From: Chrysomallon squamiferum
Lineage: Eukaryota; Animalia; Mollusca
Length of the DNA: 64,000 bases
Assembly (NCBI GenBank): GCA_012295275.1
Contig: CM022665.1
Span: 31,744,001 to 31,808,000, forward strand
Direction of reading: 5' to 3'
Shown: piece after piece, positions 51,634 through 63,580 of the stretch
Numbering within the stretch: the first letter of the stretch is position 1
Layout: every line of letters begins with the position of its first letter
Notes under the pieces: generated by a model
The model's database searches: none
What the model saw: the letters and a program-made list of their open reading frames with translations, nothing else
Told to the model about the DNA's origin: nothing
Position numbers and translations under genes: made by a program

Positions 51634-52244
51634 ACTGCCAGGAATCCTATTCTCTGGATCATCATGAAGATAAAGCTGTATATCTCATCAAACCAGATGG
51701 CTTCTCAGAACCATTCAAGGTTCTGTGCAATGGAGGAAGCAGCCTTATACCACGATTTACTTACATTCAGCGTAATATGTATTCATGCTGTCCTTATACA
51801 TCCTTCAACCAATCATGGGCTGCATACAGAGATGGTTTTGGTGACTTAGAAACTTTCAGCTGTAGTTTCTGGTTGGGAAACCAAAAAATTGTTGCTTTAG
51901 CAAAGCAAGGTCAGTACAAACTTGGATTGTATGGAAAATCATCAAGCTTGAAGATTTCTGTTTACAACAATTTCCTAATGATGAATGAAAATTCAAATTT
52001 TAAAATGAAGTATGACTCATATAATGATATTGGTCTGGATGATGTGTTCAAATCACCGAATGTCCTAAATCCTTTTTACACCTTTGATCATGACAGTGAT
52101 GCACATTGTGCTGTTCTCTTGGGTTCTGGATGGTGGTTTGATGATAACTGTGAACACAAGAATCCAAATGTTAACCATGATGCACAACTCATGGTGAATG
52201 ATAAACTTAAAACATTTGAAGATACATACATGCTTTTGCTTTAG
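51634..52244 (+). CDS. Gene D, exon 3: fibrinogen-related domain (FReD/FBG)
   Basis: ttccag|AC TGC. Encodes DCQESY...VYLIKPDG...SFNQSWAAYRDGFGDL...SFWLGN...FYTFDHDSDAHCAVLLGSGWWF; AATAAA at 52331 and 52381. Confidence 0.92.
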
Positions 52245-53727
52245 AACAAATAAGAATTGACACTATAACAGGATATGATATATAATATGATATAATATAT
52301 ATAAGATGAAACTAGGTATTAAATTTTCAGAATAAACAAAATCTCTGTTCTATATTTCAGGGAGATTCCACATTGCTAATAATAAAGTATGATAAGAAAT
52401 ATAATAAATGTATATAGAAGAATGAAGGTTTCCTTTTTGACTTTTTTCATTTATAATTTTATTACCAAGTCTTATTTAAAATGTGTAAATTGACAGATGT
52501 GGCATATTACCAACAAGTTTCACATTCTAAAGTCATCCAGAATGGTTTAAACTTTAAATTTTTTTTTTTTTTTCGCTCATGGTAATTAATAGTAATTATC
52601 AATGCCTGTTTATAATTCACTAACAAAATATAATATTCTCTGGACTTTGATAATCCAGTTACAGCAGAATGGCTTGAGAACGACTTTCTATGTATGTTAG
52701 ATTCAAAACAATTGCAGCTGATTTTGACATTCCTGAAACTGTGTGCACTGCTGGGGCCTAATACTTGGTGCGGCAGAGACAACCAAGAATAAAAATGAAA
52801 ATGAAAATGTTAATAAAATAAATGTAATAAAATATATTTATCAAACTGGCAGGCATCATTTCTTGTGTTTCTCTTTTGCATAGTTTTGCCTTTTTGGCAT
52901 GCTATACCAGTGCTTAATAAAATGTGTTGTTCATATATCTGATCAGTTAACAATGAAGAGAAGTAGTGGATTAACTTCACTTGGTCTGCTGCATGATGAC
53001 AACACTTGCTGATCCTTGGCTTTGGTGAGAAAGTTTTGGTGTAAAACATTACCATGAAAAATGTTTAGTAATCTACTATGCAGTTGAATAATACTAGTCA
53101 GTGGTGCTACCAGTTATCTCAGTAAAAACCAAAAATGAAACTCGACTGTTTAAACTAATTTCTGGAGTAGTTTTTGTGCTGGAAACACATGAAGAACAAC
53201 ATTAAAGTAATTAATATTTGAGGCTTAACATGAGTATAGTAATAAAACCATACATTTTTCAGGTTTTTTTTCTTTCTTTCTTTTTTATTGTTATTTTATT
53301 TATTTATTTATTTAAATATTTTTTCTGGAGTGGAATAGAAGGAATGAAAAGTTACTTTAATAATGTATACCTATTCATATGTATTATCAGTTCCTCGTAT
53401 TTGGTGCAAGACTGGAAATGAATGCCATTTGCTGTTTAAGTTTTGCTATAATCGCTTTCTTTGGTATTTACTTTAATAACTTTGTTATGAAAAAACAAAG
53501 TTGTAATATTATGATTTGTACAGAGTACGTTTTATTCAGGATTTTCTAACGGTGGAACATGATGAAATGGTGTTTTAAATCTTAAGTTGCTTTAAATAAT
53601 AAAACATTCTTCATAACTGTATTAATTAATTTAATTCAGTCATAAGACTTCTATATGTATTATTACTAATATATCAAAATCAAAAATATAATTTTAAAAA
53701 GGTTAAGTAGAATTAGTGCACCCCTGC

Positions 53728-53766
<39 letters not shown>

Positions 53767-53934
53767 CATAAAGAGTATATTTATATAAAATTAACTATAT
53801 TTGATACCTGTTATTGCCCCCCCCTCAAGACATACAGAGTACAGTTCCCATACAATCCAATTTTACATCTGTACATTTAAACACATGTTTGTAGAATATT
53901 TTAAATTCAAAAAGCAACAACAAAACAAATGGAA

Positions 53935-56900
53935 TGAAGCTCTTATCGATGTAATTTATTCCATGTGTGTTTTTTTTTTCTTTGAATGTTTTGGTTTGGT
54001 TTTTTTAATCATTTAATGAGAAAATAAAATTTATTTTATATTAAGATACACATAGCAAGAGAACAAGTTTGTTTTTAAGTTTATTGATATTTAATATATT
54101 TATTCTAAATGACATTTCAGCATAGAGCGACACGTGTATGGCACTGTTGTAAATTCAACAGGAACTTCTTGTTGTTAGCAATGGTTTTGTTGTCAACAAT
54201 GTAATCACTAGAACAGTACAGATTAAGCCACCTATCATGGCCAGATAACTATGCATTATATACGCCAATATAAGGGCTTCCAAAAAGCAATTAGCTAATT
54301 TGATTTTTGTACTATACATAACTTAGGCCAACTCTGATGTTAATAGATAAGTTAAGCATAGATGTTAAATTAACATACCAAACACGTATCATCCAGGCTC
54401 ACATTTTTCCTGTATCATTGGTGTGTGCATACTCAGATATACAGGTCTATTATTAATATTACATTGCATAATTGTAATTTTTGCTGTTCATTATATTGAC
54501 ATATTTATCTTTTCAATACATTTTACTTCAGGCATATATATCTTTTATTGATTTTCAATAAAATGAGTGTCACTTTTTTTATTTGCTTCTCTGACTGGGA
54601 TAAAAAAAAAAAAAAAAAAAAAAAAAAATTATCAGCTAAACTACAGCTGAAAACAAAACATTTATCATGTGATGATTAAAACTCTCCCACTCATAACTTG
54701 TAAGGAATTCATGAACCACAGTCCCATCATATATAAATCCACTATTGATAATGATGAAGTTAATATCTGCTAGCTATATAAAACACTTTTTTTCTGCCTC
54801 TTCAGTTGCATGGACATTGGTGGAAAGAACCTGTGAAGTGTTGAGTCACCGAGTATTAAACAAAGTGTTGAATCCTGACATATAATGACAAACAGCTCAA
54901 TCCTGGTTCCAAAGTGGAGAAATGCACAATTTTACACATGAGTTTATTCAGTTTATAAAACTATGATTGGTTAAAATAAATGGAAATAATTCCATTCATT
55001 ATTGCTTGGCCTTTTTAATGGTTCTAATGGTTAATATTATACTTTGATGAAGCAAGGTACAGTGTTTCCTAAATCCAGAATATTGTATGAAAATAAATCC
55101 ATGTTCCACTTAGCTCTAATATATTTTTATAATATTAAAGTAAAATTTTTTATTTTTTTAAAATAAATAAAACAGTATATATATATATATATATATATAT
55201 TATGTATGTAAACACACAAATAACAAAAAGCATGTGCATGTTAAATGTAAGAAAAATTTATTGAACCATTAAGATACAAACCTAAATGGTTAATCTTCAT
55301 TTGACACACAGGTAAACCCTGCTAATTAATATTCAACTATGTCCATTCCACATGACTAGCTTATCTATATACACAATCTACAATAAGCATGATGATGTAA
55401 CGATATGTACACCAGAGACCAATAGTTATAAATTAAGATTAAAACATTTACATAACATTTATACTTCAGTCCACTAGTGTCAGTATCGTGGCAAAAAATA
55501 ATTGTTGGTAACAACAATTTAACTTTTTTTAAATTTTTATTATATGTCTCACTTAAAAATATTAATGCCTCAAAAATCCTATTTCACTGAGATAAATACC
55601 ACAATATTTTACACAACATAGTAAGCAATACAGAAACTTAAAAGAAAAATAAATTGAAAATGTTTTAAAATATTAAATGGCAAAACTTAAAGGCATCAAG
55701 CTAAACTTTCAATACATTATTCCCTAGACATCCATTTTGTGTTTTGTAGGCCTAAATATGTTAAGTAGTAGCATGCTACCTTCAGAACTTTCAAATATGC
55801 CTATCTCTGACTTTTATCAAAAGCAATTCTTAAAATTAGCCTGCACTTGTATACCCATTATCTATTTACCAGTGTTAAACAATGTTAAAATATGAAAATA
55901 AAAATGAAACATTCAGATTTCATTCTTAGTCTCTTTCATAATAATCTCTTCATGACTGAGGTGATTATCACCATACAGCAACAAAAATCTGAACTATGTA
56001 GACAATACAAAGGCATTGTACTGAAAGTGTGATAGTTACAAAGAAGTTATAATTAGGAAATAAAAATTTTAATGACTTAATAAGTGTTAATTCTCAAATT
56101 AATACTTATTTATATATTTTATGTCTTTAAAATTAAATTCTAAATGAGTAAATTTCTCTACTCCATTCATGTCAATACTTTTTGTTTTAAAAATAAAATT
56201 TTAAATAAGTTTATTTTCAAATGCAATACTTTGTTCTTTCAGTATTTACTTCTTGATCACTGGCTTACATTACTGTTTTAAAAACAATGTGAAATTCTTT
56301 TTTCTTTTTTTGGTTATGAACATGGATGATATTAGGTACAATAAAGTGTAAATACAATGAATCTGTCAACAATCTCTTTTAAAACTGTTTGCTTTCACTG
56401 GGTTAAGTGTTTTCTTGCAAGCTGCAAATCTCATCTTGATGAATTCTGCAATAACAAGCAGGCTTTGGTGTCTCATTGCAATAAGGCATATGATATTAGT
56501 AAAACAGAGACATTCTTTAAAAATGTAAGATCTTATAAAATAATACAAGCATAAAACAATCATCACATGCAAATGATATCAATATCAGTAATGACTCAGA
56601 TTTTCCACAATTGATGTAATACCAATATTTTCTGATAGGTCTGGCAGTTATCTTTGTTTGGTCCATTCCATTCCATTTTACTGACAGTAATACTGTCAAC
56701 TTTCCCAACATATTTAATTAAAAATGATAGAAATATTAGTACTAAACATTTCACATACCAATGAATAACATCAGAAATCAGAACTACATAACATATATTC
56801 CTAAACATAAAAGTGACAAGTATGTTGGTTTTTATTAAGCACTATATTTTTGGATTTCTCATACTGATGTTTTTTCAAGGGTTTATTTTACCATCAACAA

Positions 56901-59900
56901 TAATAAATACAAAATAAAAATATCTATAAATTCCATTGCCCAAAAGGTATTTAGCCTATAATAATATATGCCCCCTAAAACTAAGCAGTTTCAGCTTTTA
57001 TATTTGTTGAACAGAGTTGAAAATATGAGTAGCATGGAATTCCATGATTTTTTATTTTTGATGGATACAAATAACTGTATGGTAATATCTAACTTCTTAT
57101 TTTTCTTTTTAAAATTTGTTTTGGTGTATACAAATAATGTATGTCCTTCATATACTAACAACTAATGCTAAATGCTTAACTACAAATTCACATTTGTTAT
57201 GTAAAAAAAGCTGAAACACGAAAAAGAAGCTTCCATCTAATGACTGGAAACCTACATCAAAGTTAGAGAGGGCATATAAAAACAAAAGTAGTAGCTGACA
57301 AACTACAAATAATACTGTTTGTGTTAGAAACAAATAAAAACTTGCTAAAAATGCTGAACTGAATAATCAAAATAATTCAGGAACTGAAAGTATTATCTCA
57401 AATTAGCAAAACAGTAAATTCAGACAATTCAAAATCACCATTCCAAAACCTTGCATATTTACATCAAAATATTTCACGTCACAACTCAGAATGAAGATAC
57501 ACACTTGTTTCCTTCCAAACAATGTGGACTTGAAATTTAGAGTTAGATATGCCCAAGAGTGTAATATATGAATATATATATATTATATACTTTCAAACAT
57601 ATAAGACAAATTAAACATTCAAATCTTCTAGACCTTTTGTTTCAGAATGTTGTTTTTTTTTACAGCTTTTACTACTTTTTCTTTGAATATATCACTGCCT
57701 TATGCTGAATTATTATTTACTGAAAAACAGTTTCCAAAACATCTCACCCAAGACTTGTACACAAATAATAAATATAATGGCATCTCATTCAATATGAATT
57801 AAATATGCATTTAAAAATTTCTATCTGGTCCAACAGTCCAGCTTTTTTTTTTCTTCTTTCAGTAACAACCCCAACATTATCTACAGGCTAAAATATTAAT
57901 ATACAAGTCATAGATGAAGTGTTGGAAAAGGTATCCAGTATTTTGTTTTAAACTCAATCAATATGTTACATGAATCTATTTTTTTTTTTTTTGTTGTTAT
58001 TGTTATTATAAAAGAAGTTTTCAAACTGTGGAAGATGAGTGGTCACCAAGGTGTATGCAAGCAAAATTCAGTAATGGGGGATGCAATAAGTAAAAACAAT
58101 ATTTGTACAGAAGGCCACTTGAAGAATGATAATCATCCTTGCCTGGCCCTCAAAAACAGCCCAAAATCCATTTTGCCTTTTTAAAAATTAAAATTTCATA
58201 TTATATCGGATCCAATTAAAGATTTGTACACATTTAGCTCACATAACAACTGACCACACTGAAGCTCTTCTGCTATGATATTTTGAAAGTGGTAAACATC
58301 AACCAAATGTTTTATTCAAAGGGTAGTTAGAAAAAAGTTTGAAAATCTCCAGTCTAAGAGATCAGTTAGACTTGCTTTTATATTGCATTATAATACATGT
58401 GTGTTTGTTTTGTGTGTGTGTGTGTGTGTGTGTGTATGAAATCTTGCCCATTTTTATTTCTGGAGTGTGTTTGCTCAGATTAGTGAATTCTGAATTTAAA
58501 ATAAATACACTTTACTGCATATTCACAAGATAGTTAAAATATATATAAACATGCAAATTAAATTTAGTTTTTTTTAAATTATTTGAATTTTACAACAATG
58601 AATCTATGTTAATATAACATACAATATCAGTTACCAACAAACTTTTACAATTTACCTTTAGTTAAATATGAACATTAATAAACATATGAAATTACAAATA
58701 AAAATATTACACTCATAGAAAAACATTAATTTGTGAAAGTAAGTATTAAATTATTAGGTTCACTGAAAATTTTTAATATGTGAAAATTAAAATATCACTT
58801 TCACAAAAAATGTTAATGTGTGAAAATAAGAATTAAAACATAAGGTTCACAGAAAAACAGTATGATTAAAACCTTTCCTTTCTATTTCATGCTAGCTATG
58901 AAAAACACCTTGGTTATGTATATATGGTTAGTTCACACGATCACACCAGCCTATCTACATATAAATACATTTATTATGCACATATTTTTATACAACAGCA
59001 TGCTCAAAGCTAATCTATATGTTGGCACTTTGGAAATGTTCATACATACATTAAATGCTTTATGTCACAGGGGCAGTCAGCAAAAAAAAATGAGCAAATC
59101 TTGTTTTAAGTAAATAAATCTGCTGCCTGATAATAACTATATTTCACACAATATACAAATATTATAATGTATTAGTTTCATACTGTTAATTATTATTTTT
59201 AAAATAATACTAAATTTAAAAACGAGAAATAAATGTATGAAGGTTTGCTTAAAAGATATTGAAAAAATAAATAAATTAAAAATATAAAATTTCAAGCAAA
59301 TGTTAGCTCTGTTTATCTGTTCTGTCATAGCAGTCCTTCCCCCTTTGATGGAAATCTTGTTCACATAAGTAGAAATATCTTTATAAATGAAATACTCAAA
59401 AAGTTTCAGTTTCTCACTGTTGTAATAAAATGGTAAAACCCTATTCTTGCCAAGATGGAAGAAGCCTCCAATTTTGATTGTTTTGTTATCTCGCTTTATG
59501 TTTCAAAAAGGCACACTAAAAAAAGCTGCAAAACAAATTTCATTCTGCAAACTATAGAAATTACCAATAGTTTTTAATCTGGGATTAAGTATTTAACATA
59601 AACAAAGCCTGTTTATATTTTTATATGAATTTCAAACCATTTACAAATATATTTCAAAAAGGTTTCTTTTATTACAAACAATAAATGTTTTCATCACTGG
59701 TTCTTAAAGTATCATCTTTGGACACCTGGGAGCTCTAAGACTCTCCCTGGGTCAAAATTAAATTTTAAAATAATACAAAGATGTTAATTGCCATTATCAT
59801 TCTCTCACAAGTTTACAGTGGAGTCTTCTAGCTCTTTGAATCCTCAGTTATTTTTAAGAATTTATAAAGGGGAGGTATGTTCAAAATGTGTTGAGAACTG

Positions 59901-61762
59901 TTATGGTAATGTTGCATAGATGTTGATCAGAAGTGATATTCATTTCAAAGCACATAATGTTTTCTGTAATACTTTTTTCCACATACATCTCCATTTGTTT
60001 TTATGAAACAGATTAGCACCACTTTCAATAATATTAGTGAATGCTAAAAGCTAAATTATGAATTGTTAGACATAGGCCTAAGAGTAGTTATCAATTACTA
60101 ATCAAATTCTAACTCAGTAGGTGACATAAAAGTGAAGAACAGATAATACCTAGTGCTAAAATTACAATAATACTGAAAATGAATTAATACCAAATATAAA
60201 CTAATCTCTGATTTATTAAACAACAGAAATTATGCTGAATTATGTCTTATTAAACTTACACCTGTATTAAAACTGGATAGTTGTCTGAACTGGTTATAGC
60301 CAGCATAAATTATGCCTTACTGAAAAACATGTATTAATCATTTTAGATCAGAAATGCTAATTATTCCCACATAAAGCTAACAAAATTTTTAAATAATCTT
60401 TTAGCTGAAGTGAAGATAATGAAGAACAAAATCTTTCTTATTTCTTTTTTCTTATATTAGCACCATTTGTTTCTTAGTTGTTAGCATACTGTTAAAACAA
60501 ACACATGATTCCTGCTATACTAAGGTAGAACCTTTACAATAGTTTTATCTTATTAAAGATATACAATGTCAATTAAATATTTTAATTATGTGGAATATTA
60601 TGCACTGTGTGTTTCTTGTAAATATCTGATACTATTAATTCAGACTGCTACAAGAAGATCCATCAAGACAAAGAATTCAACAAAGCATGGCCACATCCAA
60701 AACAAACACCAATTCATCAATTCAGTTTTCTATGATTTACAAGCCAAAACCTCTATAAACATTATAGCAAACCTCTACATTATTTTAACATAAAATTTTT
60801 AATGATTAAAAATAATACTTAAGTCTGCAAAGAATGCAAACAAATGCACCTGCTGTGTCTGATAAAGTCTTTGGTATATCAGCAATGGTTTAAAAAAAAA
60901 AAAATCTTCTTGTGTTGGCAGCTTTCAGCTATGAACAGAATGAAGCAGGTGCAGAAATAAACATTAGCAATGGTTGTATGAAAAAAATTGCTTTTCTATA
61001 TAATTTTACATTATTTTTTTAAAATACTTTTTTTTATATATTTTTTGCATTGTTCATAGCCTTCATCACATTCTAGAATATCTTATACAAACATTAATAT
61101 ACAAGTATCATCCTTAATTTTAAAATTCTGTAGTTTCTTAACTATTTTTTTCTGGTTTCTGCATGCAAAAATCATCCTATTTTCCAAAATGGGCTAAATC
61201 CTCTAAAACTACTTTTTTTTTGTTTTGAATAAAATGTTATTTCTTAGGATCATAACAAAATTAAAAATTAACACCATAAAATTTTCATTTTGTCTTGAAA
61301 TAAACAAATGCAGAAATTACTCTGTAGTTTTCAGTCGCAACAGCACAGAAATATTGTTTATTAGTAGCTATCAGTCTGAAAGATTGTTCAAGGTGGCCCT
61401 AGTAAGTCCATAGTCTTTTAATAACCATCTGGACAAGCTTCTGTTACAACTAGAATATTTAGTTTTGAAATCATCTGTCTCTGCATAAGTGATCTCCTCG
61501 ATAAACCCAGTAGTTGTAACAGATGCCCACAGTATAGACTCAACCATCTTGATAAAGTATTATCTGTCATTAACTAATCTGTTTTATTGTTGACTCCAGT
61601 CACTTTACTGGACACTTAGCAGAATTTACATTATCAGACATCTGACACTCAGAATAATGCAAACTAATCAGTTTTTTCTGACACTACTGATGAGTGCTTT
61701 CAGATAGTCAGTGTAGATAATGAATCTTTTCTGAGTGTTGATTAGTTAATCATTTCTGATAT
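53935..61762 (-). other. Probable long 3' UTR of the navigator gene with alternative poly(A) sites
   Basis: No recognisable exons. AATAAA on the minus strand (tttatt at 55257-55262 and 53955-53960), each followed by GU/U-rich downstream sequence. Extent inferred. Confidence 0.5.
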
Positions 61763-61897
61763 TTAGAGTGTTGACTCTACACTAGAGCCAGAGAATTCCT
61801 GAATGCTGCTGTGACTGTCGATACTGACAGAGTCACTGTCGTTACTTTGAGGACTTGAATAGTTGGCTGCTTCCTGCAACCTCATCAGCATGTTGAC
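61763..61897 (-). CDS. NAV2: Neuron navigator last coding exon
   Basis: VNMLMRLQEAANYSSPQSNDSDSVSIDSHSSIQEFSGSSVESTL*, with the conserved -ESTL C-terminus. Confidence 0.95.
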   Translation of the reverse strand, partial: VNMLMRLQEAANYSSPQSNDSDSVSIDSHSSIQEFSGSSVESTL

Positions 61898-62341
61898 CTG
61901 TAAAACAAAACAAATCACATTTAGATTTAAGAATTGTACATCAAAATCAGAGAGAGAACTTTAAATATCAGTTTTGTTACTACAGCATTGTAATTAAAAA
62001 CTGAACTAAACTGAATTATGAAACAGCTTCTCAACTGATTCTGAACTGAAAAAACTCCTGAAAAATGTTGTATAAATTAAATCCAATTTTATTTTGAAAC
62101 TTGTGTTGTGTTTCCATTTCCTCTAATGTAATGATATTTTCAAACTGCATTTGTCTTAGAATATGATACTGTATTGTATTGTATAATATTGTTATGTTAT
62201 ATTTACACACTTAAGTACATTGCAATATATGGTAGACCTTTTCAATAACATTATCCATTTAGTACAGTTTTAATACATGTTAGTGTACTCACTAATGGGT
62301 TATAACCTAGAACTTTTTAAACCTTTTAACCATATACTTAC

Positions 62342-62551
62342 TAGTGGATCAGCCTCACTATCACTAGCGCTAGTCTGAGACTTTATCTTGGATGTTCCTG
62401 CTGGGACAGGGCCACTCTGGGCATCATAGCCAACATCTTCCTGTCTAATTCTCAGCAGAGATCTGTCATCTTTAACACTTCCCATTGTCCATGGAAACTG
62501 TTCAATAACCCAGTCTGTTGGGTCTTCCCATGGTGCTCGGCGACCATAAAC
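62342..62551 (-). CDS. NAV2: Neuron navigator penultimate coding exon (phase 0-0)
   Basis: VYGRRAPWEDPTDWVIEQFPW...LLRIRQEDVGYD...SDSEADPL; ttttag|...CTA|gtaagt. Confidence 0.93.
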
Positions 62552-62888
62552 CTAAAATATTGTAATTTGAATTTTAAACAGAATTTGTCCAAGTTTTGAA
62601 TAACATTAATTTGGAATATGCATGTAAACAATATTTGGTACTGGTACTGAAACAGAAATGTTTATTTCACAGGTATCTTATTGTAATTCAGACAAATATA
62701 CTTAATAAATTTATATATATATATAATGTAACTTTCAACCATTTCTGCTTTCAGAGAAGATATTTTTCATGTTCCAGCATTTAGTTTATATTCATCTCCT
62801 TTTGGTAATTTTTATGTATAAATTAATACATAATTTAAAACATATAAGGATGTATGTTTGTTTTACTCATACTGAAAAATAAACTCAC

Positions 62889-63007
62889 CTGTAGTCCTTC
62901 CCTGACAGCCTCCAGCATGTAGGGAACCAGGGAGTAGTTCCAGAGATCTTTGAACCAAACTTGTGATCCAGAAATATCCATAGGGCAAGATAGGAAAAGT
63001 CTTGGAC
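62889..63007 (-). CDS. NAV2: Neuron navigator exon (phase 1-0)
   Basis: GPRLFLSCPMDISGSQVWFKDLWNYSLVPYMLEAVREGLQ; tttcag|...CAG|gtgagt. Confidence 0.95.
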
Positions 63008-63319
63008 CTGAAAATATAGAATTTTATAACCTTAAAAGGGTCTTTGACATCATAATATGTACATTGATTTAGAAATGAAATAAAGCCTTTGAAATGATAA
63101 CATAGCTAATGAATCTCAGTGAATGATTCCTTTTATCTGTCTGATTAGCAACAAAATCAAAACTGTCAACACATATAAAACAGAAAAACTCAGTCACAAA
63201 CAGACAAGCCAAACAACTTCTCTATATAATAGACTAAGATAAATCCAAATATAATTATATATTAGAACAAACTTGGAAAATGTAATTTTCCTTTACAAAT
63301 AAAAGAAAAAAGGTCTCAC

Positions 63320-63516
63320 CAATAGTGACATCAGAAGAGCTGTGTGTTTCCAGGAACTTGTTGATGTGAGACCAGACTTTGGGAATCCAGTCAATGATTT
63401 TGTTCAAGTCATTGTTTCTCATACCAGTTCGAACTTCTGCTTCAACCAATTTACGACGAAGATATCTGCCAAGAAATCCCTTCACTGGTTCCATGTGATT
63501 TGCACACAGCACCCAT
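63320..63516 (-). CDS. NAV2: Neuron navigator (NAV2/unc-53-like), AAA-domain exon (phase 2-1); upstream exons lie beyond the window
   Basis: WVLCANHMEPVKGFLGRYLRRKLVEAEVRTGMRNNDLNKIIDWIPKVWSHINKFLETHSSSDVTIG, near-identical to the NAV family C-terminus as recalled; ttccag|...G|gtgaga. Confidence 0.95.
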
Positions 63517-63519
63517 CTG

Positions 63520-63520
<1 letters not shown>

Positions 63521-63567
<47 letters not shown>

Positions 63568-63580
63568 CAACAACAACAAG
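63521..63580. repeat. (AAT)n-(AAC)n microsatellite abutting a NAV splice acceptor
   Basis: Direct inspection. Confidence 0.9.

Noticed and set aside
61735-61765. Stop-codon readthrough of NAV
   Set aside because: TAA-A context, another in-frame TAA seven codons later, and the conserved -ESTL terminus is intact.
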